NCBI GenBank assembly: GCA_963803975.1
Contig: CAWDOY010000023.1
Span: forward strand, 1 to 59,844
DNA: 59,844 bases
Reading direction: 5' to 3'
DNA from: an uncultured delta proteobacterium
GTDB taxonomy: Bacteria > Desulfobacterota > WTBG01 > CAIYCZ01
A program made the translations under genes and the position numbers. Below, piece after piece: positions 46,173-59,669 of the stretch (the stretch's first letter is position 1; each line of letters begins with the position of its first letter). A model generated the notes under the pieces. It was not told the origin of the DNA. It did no database searches and saw nothing but the letters and a program-made list of their open reading frames with translations.

Positions 46173-48024
46173 CTAACTTTCTTCTGAAATAGTAAGCCCC
46201 AGCGCTGCTGCTTTTTTCGGCTTTATTTTTCCGTCAGCTTCCCATCCCCTGATGCGGTAATAATCAGCAACCATTTTCGTAACCGGCGGCAAATGGTCTG
46301 CGGCAGGGCCGTACTTTTTCTTCACCGTGACAAAACGCTCATGCAGGCAGTCGGACGCAGAATCAAGCCCGCGCCTGAGGTTAATCAGGTGCTTGAGGTT
46401 GAATATCTTCTCTCCTGCCTTCATCAGTGATGTGAAATCCTGCTCCATGCCGGTCGCAAGATTGAGCCATGAAACAACTTCTGTTGCGGTTATCCCCGGA
46501 AACCCGACGGCAGAATAGTATTGCGCATAGCCGGCATGGGAAAAAGCGCAGAGCACCAGTGAATTAAGAATGCAGGCATAGTCCTGGCCCCTTGCGACCA
46601 TTTCCGGAGCACGCTCTGCATCAAAGCGTATGCTTGCCATGTCCATCAGGTCAAAGCCTTCAACCTTCGGGTCTGCTGCCCCGGTGTGGATGGCGCCGCG
46701 GGGATCGGTCGCGTAGGCAAGGGCAAGAAAGTTGTGGGCGCGGGGGTCATGGGCCGGCACCTCAAGGCCCTTAACCTCAATGGCAAACTTTTCCGCTCCG
46801 CTGCCTATAATCTGCGCCGCCCTTCTTGCGCCCTCGGCGAGCACTGCCCCGAACCCCTCCCGCCGGCTGATCTTTTCCAGCATGGCAAGCAGCGCCTCAC
46901 CATTGCCAAATGTGAGCCGGATGCCATCAGTATCCTTTTCATTTATTAGACCCGCTTCGAAGCATTCCATGGCAAACGATATCACGCCGCCTGCAGATAT
47001 GGTGTCAATGCCGTGGCGATTGCATATATCATAGGCTTTCTGCACGCAATGCATATCCTTAATGCCGCACTGGGAGCCGAGCGGCGCAATCGATTCCCAC
47101 ACGTTCTGCCGCACCCCGGCTCTCTCGTTTGACTCAACACACCCGGTCGGGCAGCCCGCGCACTGATAGGGCCGGGACTGCCTGACATGACTTTCAATCT
47201 CGCTGAGCACCGCTTCATTGAACCCTTCGAGAGCAGCTGTCACGCCAGTTGTTTACCGCGTGCCGCCCGTCATTGACAAACATGGTGAAAACTGCCCGGG
47301 CTTTTTCCGCGCAGTGCTCCGGGTCTTTGACCAGTGCAGGAAGAGCGGCCCTGATCAAGGTCATCAAGCGCTCTTTTTCTGCCACTGCTACATCCTGGTC
47401 TCCCCGCACTGCTATGGCTTTCAGGTTCTTTGACCCCATCACCGCGCCAACACCGCACCGGGCTGCCGTGCGTGCAGCAGCCCCGTCGTGAATTATTGCG
47501 GCAAACCTGACCAGGTTCTCACCCGCCTCGCCAATGGCCGCAACTTTCACGTTTTCGCCGCAGTATCTCCGGAGCAGCGTTTCAGTCTCGCAGGTATCTT
47601 TTCCTTTGAGGCTCGCGGCATCCTCGATGGTGACTTCCTGATTTATAATTTTCAGATAGACTGGTCGTGCTGCCTTACCGGTTATAACTATTCCATCAAA
47701 GCCGGCCCGCTTCAGTTCCCGGCCCCAGGTACCCCCGGCATACGCCTCTCCCCAGATTCCGGTAAGCGGAGAAATAGCTGCAACGCAGTGCCTCCCGCTC
47801 CAGGGAACAATGGTCCCGGTGAGCGGCCCGGTCATAAAAATAAGGGGATTGCGTTCATCAAACGGATCAGTGCCGGGAATAACCGTTTCATGGATCAGCG
47901 CGGCAGCCAATCCAACGCCGCCGATATAATCCTCCGCCAACTGCTCTGAGAGCGGGACGGCTTCAATAGTTCCATCGCTGAGATCCGCTTTTAAAAGCCG
48001 GCCGGTGTATCCTTTATACCTCAT
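46173..48024 (-). CDS. Aldehyde:ferredoxin oxidoreductase family, paralogue 2, apparent frameshift near 47230
   Basis: GYTGRLLKADLS, SPLTG, IGEAGENLV, GVGAVMGSKNLKA, CAGCPTGC, VKGLEVPAHDPR, YYRIRGW. Confidence 0.92.
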
Positions 48025-48102
48025 ATAATTTCCCTCCATGGATACTCTATGGCGCTTTGGATTATTTTTCAATAACGTGAGAGAAGGTTTGACGGCCGGC
48101 CC

Positions 48103-51100
48103 CTAAACAGTTGCTGCGGCTGCCTCGCGGCTGCGGTCTTTGGAATGGTCGCGGGCGACAAGCATGTAGATGGACGGGATAACAAAGAGGGTAAAGAGGG
48201 TGCCGATGGCCATGCCGCCGACGAGCACGAGGCCGATCGAGTTACGGGCGGCTGCGCCGGCGCCGGAGACCAGCGTCAGCGGAAAGTGACCGGATATGGT
48301 TGCCACGCTGATCATGAGGATCGGGCGCAGGCGGGTCAGGGCTGCCTCGTGTACTGCTTCGCGCTTTGATTTCCCCTGCCCCTGGAGCTTGTTGGCGAAC
48401 TCGACGATGAGGATGCCGTTTTTTGAAACAAGGCCGATCAGGGTCACCAGTCCCACCTGGGAGTATATATTGAGCGTCGTCGTCCAGCCGGTGGTAAAGA
48501 ATGGTATGTTCGGGCTGGGCATCTTCAGGAACATAAAGATGAGCGCCCCGAACATGGCCAGCGGCACCGAGCCGGCGAGTATTACAAAGGGATCACGGAA
48601 GCTGTTAAACTGAGCCGCAAGCACGAGAAAGATGAGAATCATGGCAAGCCCAAAGGCGGGGAGGAATTTGTGATCCTTCGGTTCTGAGCTGGCGGGACTC
48701 ACCCGTGTATTCAATCACATAGCCCTGGGGCAGAATTTTGGCGGCTTCGTCTTCCAAATAGCGCAGCGCCTCGTTGAGTGGCCGGATGGCCACGCCGCTG
48801 ATCTTGACGGCATTCAACTGCTGGAAGCGGTTCAGCGTGCGCGGAACGGTGGAGTTGCGCATCTCGGCGACCGTGCTGAGCGGCACCACCTGGCCGCCGG
48901 GTCCGGTGATGTAAATATGCTGCAGCTGATCAGGATTGAGGCGGTCAACGCGCTTGATCTGCGGGATGACCTTGTAGCTGCGTCCGGCAATGTTGAAACG
49001 GTTCACATAATTGCCGCTCAGCATCGATGACAGGTCAGCCCCGACCTGCTGGAGATTGAGCCCCAGGTCGGCCACCCGGTCGCGATCAATCACGATCTCG
49101 GACTGCGGCTGATCGATCTTGACATCGAGCAGCGGCGGAAAGGCAAACATGCCGCTCTGCACCGCCTGCAGCTGGATCTTCGTGGCAAGGGCCAGGACCT
49201 GGTCAGGCTCGGCCGTGGATGCGATGATGAACTCTACCGGAAAATCACCTCCTCCGGGCAGCGCCGGAGGCGTTATCGGCAAAACCTTGATGCCCGGGAT
49301 GGCACGCAGCTTCTGCTGCACTTCAGGCAGAATTTGCATGGTTGTCCGCTTGCGCTCGCTCCACGGCTTGGTGATCAGACCGCCGAATCCGCCTGACGGG
49401 AACGTGATCTCGAAGGTGAAGTCGGTTTCAGGAATACTCTGAAAAATCTTATCAGCCGCAGTAGTAAAATGGCTGGTCAGTTCGAGGGAGGAGTTTGCCG
49501 GCGCATCGATAATGCTGAAAATCGCCCCCTCGTCCTCAAGAGGTGCAAGTTCAGCAGGCGACATTATGAACATGGGTATCGTGAGCAGGCTCAGGATAAT
49601 CCATACCGTATAGACGGCCGGTCGCGCGTTGAGCGTGACGTCAAGCAGGCGGCCGTATGCGGTCCGTAACCGTTTAAAATCATCGTGCGATTCTTTTTGC
49701 CAGCCCATGCTCTTCAATCCCCGGTTTCAGCATTTTGGCCGACATCATGGGCGAGAGGGTTAGCGCGACAACACCTGAAATGATGACCGCGCCGGACAGG
49801 GTAAAGGCGAACTCGCGAAACAGTGAGCCGGTCAGTCCGCCCTGCAAACCGATAGGAGCATATACTGCCGCCAGGGTCAAAGTCATGGCGATAATCGGCC
49901 CGACAAGCTCGCGGGCGCCCAGCAGGGCCGCCTCTATCGGCGTCTGGCCCTCGCTCAGATGCCGCTCGACGTTTTCAACCACGACAATGGCATCGTCCAC
50001 CACAAGTCCTACGGACAGCACAATAGCCAGCAGCGTGAGCAGGTTGATGGTGAAGCCGAACACCTGCATCAGGAACACCGCCCCGATAAGCGAGAGCGGT
50101 ATGGCCACAATCGGGATAATGACCGAGCGCACGGAGCCGAGGAACAGAAAGATGACCAGCATGACGATGAGCAGGGTATCGGTAAGGGTCTTCAGAACTT
50201 CGCTGATGGCATTATTGATATATTCGGTGGCATCATAGGCAAAGCCCGCCTGCATGCCGCTGGGCAGGTCCTTCACTATGAGCGCCATCTCTTTTCGCAC
50301 GCGCTTGATCACATCGATGGTATTGGCGTTGGGCAGGGTGGCAATTTCTATAAAGACCGCAGTCTGTCCCGAGAGCCGTACGCTGGAGTCATAGTCCTGG
50401 GCGCCCAGCGCGATCTCGCTGATGTCCTCCAGCCGCACGATGGCGCCGTCCTGTTCGCGGATGACCAGCCGCTTGAACTCCTCCGCTGAATGCAGGTCGG
50501 AGTTTGCGGTCAGGTTGACCTGGATGAGCGAGCCTTTGGTCTGGCCGACAGCGGTGAGATAGTTGTTGCTGGCCAGCGCCTGGCGGACCTGCGCCGGGCT
50601 GATGTTGAGCGCGGCCATGCGCTCGGGCTTGAGCCAGATGCGCATGGCGAAGGTGCGGTCGCCAAGAACATCGGCACGCTGTATGCCCTCGATGGCGGAA
50701 AGGCGCGGCTGCACGATGCGGATGAGGTAGTCGGTGATCTGGTTCTGCTCAAGAATGTCGGACTTGAAGCTCAGATAGGCCGCGGCAAACTGGCTGTCAG
50801 CCGACTGGATGTTGATGATCGGCACTTCAGCCTCCGGGGGCAGGTCCTGGCGAACCTGGTCGACTTTAGAGCTGATTTCCGCGAGCGCCTTGATCGGATC
50901 GTAGTTGAGCTTCAGCCTGACGCTGATGCTCGAGAAGCCCTGAGCGCTTTTCGACTGGATGTATTCGATGCCGTCGGCGGCGGCGATGGCGCGCTCCAGC
51001 GGCGTGGTAATGAATCCGCGCACCAGATCAGCGCTGGCACCGACATATACGGTCCTGACGATGACTGCCGAATTCTCGCTGCGCGGAAACTGGCGCACGA

Positions 51101-51197
51101 TGACCGAGCGGATCGCCTGCAATCCCGCAATGATGATGACGAGATTGATAACCAGCGCGAGAACCGGACGGCGGATAAAAAGGTCGGTAAAGTTCAT
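48103..51197 (-). CDS. RND efflux permease (MexW/MexI-like), two apparent frameshifts (near 49690 and 48670)
   Basis: FIRRPVLA, GLVVDDAIVVVEN, SKNGILIVEFAN, RLRPILM across ORFs 49680..51206, 48605..49717, 48103..48714. Confidence 0.92.
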
Positions 51198-51250
51198 AGT
51201 CAGCAAGAATTAATGACAGAGTTTAGAGCCGTGGCGTCACATCATCCCGA

Positions 51251-52376
51251 TCAGGTATCTTTCGGTGTGGGCGCGATTTTGAATTCAGGGGCCAGGGTAT
51301 TATCAACAGCGACGGCCTGTCCGTTGCGCAGCTTAAATACGCCGGTGCTCACGACGGTCTCGCCTTCCTTCAGCCCGGCGATGACGGCAACGAAATCTCC
51401 GCGCCGCATCACCGAGCCGCACAAACTGCTGGCGCACGACCCTGGCCGGCGGGCTGTTTTTGTCGTTTTTATCATCCTCCACGATAAACACCGAGTCGCT
51501 GTACGGAGCATTAAGCACTGCCGTGGCCGGTATGGCAAGCACGGTATTCTGCTCCGGCAGCACCACGGTCACGCTGACGAACATGCCGGGGCGAAGGCGG
51601 TGCCGGGTATTTTTTACCGTCGCCTGCACCATGATGTTGCGCGTGGCGGTTTCGACCTGGGGGTTGATCGCGGTGATCGTCCCCTCAATATCCTGGTCGG
51701 GAAGCGCATCTGTTTTCACCCGTACGGCAAGGCCGGTCCTGATCCGCGCAAGCTGCTGCTGCGGCAGGGAAAAATTTACAAAAATCGGATCGAGGGCCTG
51801 GAGCGAAACGATCGCATCACCGGCGCTTAGAATCTGGCCCAAATTGACCAAACGGATGCCCAGGACGCCGGCAAAGGGCGCCCTGATGGTTTTCTTCGCG
51901 ATTAACGCCCGCATGTTGTCGGCCTGAGCAACGGCCTGCTTGTGCTGCGCATCAGCATTATCATATTCTGACTGGGACGAGGTTTTCTGGGCGAGAAGTT
52001 TGCGTGCGCGCTCCAACGTTATTTTCGTCAGCGCCACCGTGGCCTCTGCCGAGCGGAGCTGGGCCGTCTCTGCAGCTATGTCCTGCTGCACCAGGAGATC
52101 GCCGGCCTGCACCATCGTGCCCGGCTCGAATGCGATCTGGACGACCTTACCGGTCATTTCCGCGGATACCATTACCCCCTGAACCGCAACCAGCGATGCC
52201 ACGGAGGTGAGCACAGACTCCCAGTTTTCCGTATGCGCCACGGCGGTAGTCACCGTCTCAGGCAGGGGCTGTTTTTTTTGCGCGATCATACGGCTTATCT
52301 GAAGGCCTTTGATTCCGCCAAGAACGCCGGTCAACACAACCAGTCCAATGATGGCAATGATTATTTTCTTCTTCAT
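51251..52376 (-). CDS. RND periplasmic adaptor (MFP), apparent frameshift near 51405
   Basis: IRAPFAGVLGIR, LRPGMFV; C-terminal RRGDFVAVIAGLKEGETVVSTGVFKLRNG in ORF 51251..51538. Confidence 0.9.
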
Positions 52377-52842
52377 ATTTTTTTACGGACTGCGTATACG
52401 TTATGGCAACATGCTTTGCCTGCAACACCGCTCCGGCACACCGAAGCCGACATGTATGTGGTCAAACGGTTTAAGACAGAACCAACACCAAACGAAAAGA
52501 TGGTGCTGCCTTATCATTACCTTATCATTAATATATATATCAATATCTGAGTTGCTTTCAGATTGCCCCCGTACTTTTCAACCAAAAAAATGATCTCGCG
52601 AATAATCGGCCCCGACATCTCTCTCTTCAGGGGTTAACCGGGATAGTCTTGACAAAGTATTTTGTTGCTGCTGTTTCATAAGACACCTTGTTTGTATATC
52701 AAGATTTGTCAGGGCACATTAATGTATAGAGAGTTTAAAAAGAGTTTAAAACTACGGCAGGAACAGTATGGAATAATATATGAAGACGGTCTCGCAAATC
52801 TTCAAAATCTTATCACAATGCGGGAATTAAAGCTTTGAGTTT

Positions 52843-52883
52843 TGGTGGGCTATCGGGAACTCAAACCCCAACCTGCTGATTAA
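52843..52883 (-). repeat. Degenerate tRNA-Lys 3'-half duplicate (att scar 1, retains CCA)
   Basis: tggtgggctatcgggaactcaaacccca-acctgctgattaa vs tRNA tgatgggccatcggggactcgaaccccaaacctactgattaa. Confidence 0.8.
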
Positions 52884-53033
52884 TATACAAATCAATTACC
52901 CGCCCTTTTCTTCCCTGTTGTTCCTTAACATTTGTTATTGTATTAATATATCATAAATTGAAAAAAACGGGGTAGCGTTTTTTTGCTGTTACCTCGTGTT
53001 TGTTCTTGTCTTCTAAGTGCTCGTAATTTCTTA

Positions 53034-53066
53034 TGCGCCACCGGGGACTCGAACCCCAAACCTGCT
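53034..53066 (-). repeat. Degenerate tRNA-Lys 3'-end duplicate (att scar 2)
   Basis: tgcgccaccggggactcgaaccccaaacctgct matches the T-arm/acceptor segment of the tRNA. Confidence 0.75.
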
Positions 53067-53107
53067 TCTAAAAATGGGGATGGGGGTATTTTGTTTTGCC
53101 CCACCTG

Positions 53108-53308
53108 CTACTTGACACTCTGAATCAGGCCGATATCTTTCCTGAGCCAGTCATTCACTATTTTGTCAACATCATAGCCTTTTTTACGAGATATTTTTTT
53201 TATGAACTCGGCCACATCAGGGTCAAGATAGATGGGCAAATTTATTTTTGCATCAGGATGATAAAATTTCCCTCGTATGCCTTTTGAAAAGTCATATTCT
53301 TTTTGCAT
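53108..53308 (-). CDS. BrnA/CopG-like antitoxin, orphan
   Basis: MQKEYDFSKGIRGKFY..IYLDPDV..VNDWLR pattern. Confidence 0.75.
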   Translation of the reverse strand: MQKEYDFSKGIRGKFYHPDAKINLPIYLDPDVAEFIKKISRKKGYDVDKIVNDWLRKDIGLIQSVK

Positions 53309-53393
53309 GTCTTATGATGAGCAAGAAAAGACCATGCCATGACGGCAGTAGCATTGCATTGGTGTCACGTCTCTTTATAGGTCTGCTTGAAAT

Positions 53394-53428
53394 AAAAGCA
53401 CTTAGTCGTTACATCGCTAAGTGCTTTA
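53394..53428 (-). terminator. Hairpin downstream of tRNA-Lys
   Basis: AAAGCACTTAG-loop-CTAAGTGCTTT. Confidence 0.65.
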
Positions 53429-53437
53429 TGTTTTTGA

Positions 53438-53510
<73 letters not shown>

Positions 53511-53564
53511 GTTTATTTTCAATGGTTATAGAATCTAACATACCTCTATTCTTTTATCAAATAT

Positions 53565-54365
53565 TTATTTCATATCCCCGATTTGAGGTTCCGCATAGCA
53601 GTAGATACAGCCATGAGTGCATTTCAGTGAATACCATCCGATATCAATACTCTCGGTGCAGCCGCACTGCGTGCGCTGGCCTTTTGCCCTTTTCAAAGAA
53701 CACGAAAGGCCCTGCGGGTGAAGTTCTGTTAACAGCGCGCCATCAATGCAGCGCGAGCGCTCAAAGCCATCCATCGAGCAGTAAAAAATTTTCATGCCCA
53801 GGCGGCCTGCAATTTCCTCCAGCTGTTGTGCCTGCGCTGCCTGTTCTTCAGGGGAACAGGTCCGCAGCGTGAATCCCTTCTTCTGCATGCGCCGGATGAC
53901 TTTTTTATAGGGTGCTGCCCAGCTGGTCCTGCAGGTAGTGATACCATGCTTTCTTATCCTTTCTGCCATGGCGGGGAACAACGCGAAGTTTTTTATCTGG
54001 CCGGTGCAATCTTCTGCCGCAATGATGGGGTCAAACCGCCATGAAATCCTCTCCGGCCCTTTAACCAGTTGCACCAGTTCCGGGATCATCTCCACAACCC
54101 GCTCCCATGGCGGAATCCCCGGCTCCAGGGCGCTCCCCCCCAGCCCGGTAATCGTCAGATGAACATAGACCTGCGCGTACTGCGACAACACCTCCCGCAG
54201 CGCCTGATGACGGATCATGTTGCAGGGGTTTTTCGTCCAGATGACAATGGTGTGGACTTTTTGCGGCGGGTATGATTTCAGCTTTTCAATCAGATAATCA
54301 GGATAGCATCCGACCAGGTCGGTCCTGCGGCTCGCGGAAATGACAACCGGCAGTTCGTGATTCAT
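53565..54365 (-). CDS. DUF1848-family protein
   Basis: VISASRRTD, IWTKNP, WRFDPII, CID, QRTQCGCTESIDIGWY..CTHGCIYCYA. Confidence 0.88.
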   Translation of the reverse strand: MNHELPVVISASRRTDLVGCYPDYLIEKLKSYPPQKVHTIVIWTKNPCNMIRHQALREVLSQYAQVYVHLTITGLGGSALEPGIPPWERVVEMIPELVQLVKGPERISWRFDPIIAAEDCTGQIKNFALFPAMAERIRKHGITTCRTSWAAPYKKVIRRMQKKGFTLRTCSPEEQAAQAQQLEEIAGRLGMKIFYCSMDGFERSRCIDGALLTELHPQGLSCSLKRAKGQRTQCGCTESIDIGWYSLKCTHGCIYCYAEPQIGDMK

Positions 54366-54368
54366 AAT

Positions 54369-55139
54369 TTATTTATCAGCCACGAAGTAACACGAAAAAA
54401 AAGAGTTCACCGCAGCGCACGCTGAGAACGCAGAGAAAACAAGTAAACTGCCTTCGTGTTTATTCGTGCAATTCGTGGCTAACTTGTTTTTCCTGTACGT
54501 TGCTTTATATATTACCCTGCCCTGAATGAGATATTTCCGTTCATAGGAAGTAGCTGCCTTCTCTGGTTCTGTCGCGTGCGGGGCACACTCCTGCCGCGCG
54601 ATCTGCTCAAGCCCGCTGCAGGCGCCCGCGGCCTGCAGCATCTCGTCAAAATAATCCTGGAAATCGGTTGCCATACAAAGCTGCCCGCCGGGTACCAGGG
54701 CGCAGCGAACGCTCTCAACAAAAACGCTGTTAATAAGCCGCCTTTTCCAATGCCGTTTTTTAGGCCAGGGATCCGGGAAATAGATGTGAACTGCTGCAAC
54801 TGAATTTTCCGGCACAAACTTCTTTAAAATAAAACCAGCCTCTCCTTGTATGATCCTGACATTCTTCTGCGCCGCGCTCTTCTGTACGCGCTCTTTGAGC
54901 ATGCGGAAAAATCGTGCCGACATTTCTATGCCCAGATAATTCATCCCGGGGTTTTCCCGGGCGCTTTTTATAATAAACATCCCCCGGCCGCAGCCGATTT
55001 CAATCTCAAGGGGATTCGTGTTGCCGAAAATAATTGGCCAGTCAAACAGCCCCTCCCACTGGCTGAGTTTGATTTCACAATCAGGCGCTTTTTCCGCGTT
55101 TTTCAATTCACTGCTTTCAGCCTCAGGTTCAAAATTCAT
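54369..55139 (-). CDS. trmB: tRNA m7G46 methyltransferase, with repeat-derived C-terminal extension
   Basis: LEIEIGCGRG, YFPDPWPKKRH, ATD, TSYERKY. Confidence 0.93.
   Translation of the reverse strand: MNFEPEAESSELKNAEKAPDCEIKLSQWEGLFDWPIIFGNTNPLEIEIGCGRGMFIIKSARENPGMNYLGIEMSARFFRMLKERVQKSAAQKNVRIIQGEAGFILKKFVPENSVAAVHIYFPDPWPKKRHWKRRLINSVFVESVRCALVPGGQLCMATDFQDYFDEMLQAAGACSGLEQIARQECAPHATEPEKAATSYERKYLIQGRVIYKATYRKNKLATNCTNKHEGSLLVFSAFSACAAVNSFFSCYFVADK
54378..54480. repeat. Nested 9-mer-type inverted repeats
   Basis: agccacgaagtaacacgaa ... ttcgtgtttattcgtgcaattcgtggct enclosing caccgcagcgcacgctgagaacgcagag. Confidence 0.7.
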
Positions 55140-55349
55140 CGATTATATTCAGCCTTTCTGTAAAATGGGTATTTCCCGATATCAGCCACAGAAGGATCAA
55201 AAAAATAATTAAAATAGGTTGACAGCTGTTAGCTGTTCGCTATCAGCCTTTAATTGGAATTGCTTTTTTCCTGTTTTTTATGTATAAACAATATTCCATA
55301 ATTTTTCCACACCTTAAAGCACATATCTTGAAAAGATAAATCTTCATAA

Positions 55350-56631
<1,282 letters not shown>

Positions 56632-56632
56632 A

Positions 56633-56712
56633 ATAGCTGTCAGCAGACAGCTTTCAGCTTTATCATATAATAAATAAATTTTGCTGAACGCTGACGGCTG
56701 ATGGCTGAATGC
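56633..56712. repeat. Paired 7-mer arrays between ahcY and the kinase
   Basis: agctgtcagcagacagctttcagc ... gctgaacgctgacggctgatggctgaatgct. Confidence 0.7.
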
Positions 56713-56727
56713 TTGAAAGAGGTCCGT

Positions 56728-57738
56728 ATGCCCTTAGACGTCTATGCCTTTGGCAGTGCGCTGGTGGACATTCAGGTATCTATTGATGATTCCCTGCTCA
56801 CAGAGCTTGAGCTGAAAAAGGGAAACATGTACCTGACTGACCGCAGCCGCCAGGAGGAAGTGCTGAAAAAGATCCTTGGGCAAAGCCTTGCCAACCTCGA
56901 TGCGCTGGGTGATAAGGCAAACCTCGCAGCAGGCGGCAGTGCTGCCAATACGGTCTATGGCATAACCCAGCTGGGAGGCAGGGCCGGGCTGTGCGGGAAA
57001 GTGGCATCTGATCCACTGGGGAACTTTTACAGCAAAGACATGCGCCGGGGCGGCGTGCTGTTTAATGCACAGATGGTTGATGGCATGACCGGCACCTGCA
57101 TCGTGTTAATCTCTGACGATGCCCAGCGCACCATGCTCACCTGCCTTGCCGTATCAAGCGAAATAACCTACGATGACCTGCATGAGCAGTCCCTTCAGGA
57201 GAGCGCATATATCTATATCGAGGGCTACCTGTTTGACAGCGCGGTGGCAACCAGGACCCTGCTGAAAGCAATCGACACGGCAAAGAAGCATAAGGTCAAG
57301 GTGGCGCTCTCAGCCTCTGATTCCTTCTGCATTGACCGGCACAAGGACCAGTTTATCCAGCTCATCAAAAACGATGTAGACCTTTTGTTCGCGAACAGTG
57401 ATGAGGCCCGGGCACTGACCGATACCGGCTCTCTTGATGACGCGCTGAAAGTTCTCTCCGGCTGGTGCCGGCAGAGCGCCATCACTGACGGAGGACGCGG
57501 CTCAGTTCTGTCCTTTGACAGCACGATGTTAAAGATTGCGCCCTATCCGGTCATCGCTGTCGACACTACCGGCGCCGGTGATTCCTACGCGGCAGGGCTC
57601 CTGTACGGGCTGACCAACGGCTATTCGCTTGAGGCGAGCGGAACGATTGCGAGCTTTTTTTCTTCACGGGTGGTGTTTCAGCTGGGGCCGCGTTACAGCG
57701 GGGACATTAAAGAAGATTTAAAGGAGCTTGAGCTTTAG
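56728..57738 (+). CDS. PfkB-family kinase, adenosine kinase-like
   Basis: GSALVDI, LKKGNM, GGSAANT, QRTMLT, IEGYL, VDTTGAGDSYAAG; RBS GAGG before ATG 56728. Confidence 0.88.
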   Translation: MPLDVYAFGSALVDIQVSIDDSLLTELELKKGNMYLTDRSRQEEVLKKILGQSLANLDALGDKANLAAGGSAANTVYGITQLGGRAGLCGKVASDPLGNFYSKDMRRGGVLFNAQMVDGMTGTCIVLISDDAQRTMLTCLAVSSEITYDDLHEQSLQESAYIYIEGYLFDSAVATRTLLKAIDTAKKHKVKVALSASDSFCIDRHKDQFIQLIKNDVDLLFANSDEARALTDTGSLDDALKVLSGWCRQSAITDGGRGSVLSFDSTMLKIAPYPVIAVDTTGAGDSYAAGLLYGLTNGYSLEASGTIASFFSSRVVFQLGPRYSGDIKEDLKELEL

Positions 57739-59652
57739 CGAAAATATTTCTCCATATCTTGCGCGATATCTTCAAGCCCGAGCGAGGTTAAACGCTCTGG
57801 CTTCGGGATGCCGGTCTTCTCGTCCCAGCCGCGCATCCGGTAGTAATCTTCAAGCATCCTGCCGAACTTTTCTTTATCCAGATACGAGCCGTTAAACGCG
57901 CCGCCAGAGGTCTTTTCTTCCGCCCATTTGCCTTTCAGAAAATCATCTTCTTTGCGTATGCCCTCGCGCACCAGGAAGCAGCGCTCCACCGCATAGATGC
58001 GCTCCGCGATGGTGCGCAGCCGGCTTTCGTCAGCATCTACCCCGGTGACCGCAGAATAGATTTCAGCCATATCGCTGATGTTGATGCCGTGGCCGTTGTG
58101 CGAGGTGTTGAACTTGCAGATCTGGAGCGCGTCTGCCAGGGTATAGATATCCTGAAAATAAATGGTAGAAGAAGCCTTGGCATAGGAGTCGTGCTCAAGC
58201 ACGCTCGCCGTGCCAAAGCGCGCAACAGCTTCCTCCGTTGACATGATGGCCTTGCCGCCCAGCGGGATTTCTATCATGTTGCTGCCCCGCAAATGGTCGC
58301 AGCCCCTGGTAGCTGTCGCAAAGGTGAGGGCAGTGCCTTTCAGCCCCCGAATGTCAACACCGCCGAGCACCATACCCTTAGCGTGGCTGATGGCCTTCTC
58401 TGCACCCCTGCCGATCTTCTGCGCCGCAATGACTGCTCCGTCGGCAAGCATTGCGCCAAAGCCCTCGCGCCGGGCAATGCGCGGAATCATGGCGATCATG
58501 GACTCGTAGTTTCCCCAGTCAAACTCGAGGCCACCGGTTTCTTCCCGGGAAATGATGCCCTGCTCGTACCAGTCCATCACGTAGGACATGAGGCAGCCGA
58601 AGTCGAGCACGTCTATGCCGTACTGGTTGCACAGGGAATAGATTTTAAAAAGCGACGGTGCGTAATAATTGCCGCAGGTGGGGCCGTTATAGGAAGTGCA
58701 GCCTTCGGGGATTTTGGTTCCTTTCAGCCCTGCATAGGGGCCTTCTTTCACTTCCCAGCTCTTCATGCAGCCGACCCTGCAGGAGAAGCAGCTGCTGGAT
58801 TTGGTATAATAATCCCGTGCCAGCGTCTCACACGTCACTTTTTCCGCATGTTCCCAGCCGCCGGCCTGCCGGAAATTTTTCCATGCCAGCAGCCCCGACT
58901 CATTTTCAATGGCCAGCGGTCCTGCCATGCCGTAGGTCGAGAACATCTTGAAGAAGGGTGAGCCTTTAATCTTTTTGTTTATCCTGCTGACCGCCGCGCG
59001 GAGTTCGCGCTCATGAGCTACAGCCACCTGCTGAGAACCTGTGCCGATAACAACTGCTTTCAGGTTTTTTGAGCCCATGACAGCACCCATGCCGGTTCTG
59101 CCGGCAACATTGTAGCCATGCACAATGCAGGCGGTCCGCACCATGTTCTCGCCAGCCGGGCCGATGCATGCAATCTGGGGCTTCTCTGACCGGAACTGTT
59201 TTTTCAGCAGCGCCTCGGTTTCATCGGTAGGTTTACCCCACAGGCTGCCGGCTTCTCTGATTTCCGCCTTCCCGTCATACACAGAGAGATACACAGGTTG
59301 CTCTGCTTTTCCCGTTATAATAATATGATCAAATCCCACGCGCTTCATCTGCCGGCTGAAGAACCCGCCGAAATTGGCGTCCCCGAGAATCCCGGTAAGC
59401 GGTGATTTCGCACTCACCGTGCAGCGCGGGCTTGAGGGAGCGGAAGTGCCGCTCAGCGGGCTTGTGCCGAAGATAAGGAGGTTCTGCGGGGACAGGGGGG
59501 CCGTCTGCGCTGCGACTTCATTATAGAGAATCCGGGAATTGATGCCGCGGCCGCCGATAAAGCTATGGGCGACGATCTGCATCCAACGGCTCGCATTTTA
59601 CAGAACCGCTGCTCAGATCAACCCGCAAAATATGGCCCATCCAGCCGTACAT
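57735..59652 (-). CDS. Aldehyde:ferredoxin oxidoreductase family, paralogue 3, apparent frameshift near 59580
   Basis: MYGWMGHILRVDLS, KSPLTG, IGPAGEN, AGRTGMGAVMGSKNLKA, CFSCRVGC, RGCDHL, YYRMRGWD. Confidence 0.92.
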
Positions 59653-59669
59653 ATTTTCTCCTGCAAAAA

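Noticed and set aside
50490..51830. 446-aa plus-strand ORF and other long antisense ORFs (e.g. 14933..15709, 15687..16466, 39539..40249, 58293..58961)
   Set aside because: Shadow frames opposite well-supported GC-rich genes; no recognisable motifs
52515..52678. Possible small minus-strand gene starting MKQQQQNTLSRLSRLTPEE
   Set aside because: Needs an assumed frameshift to exceed about 33 codons and has no recognisable family; insufficient support
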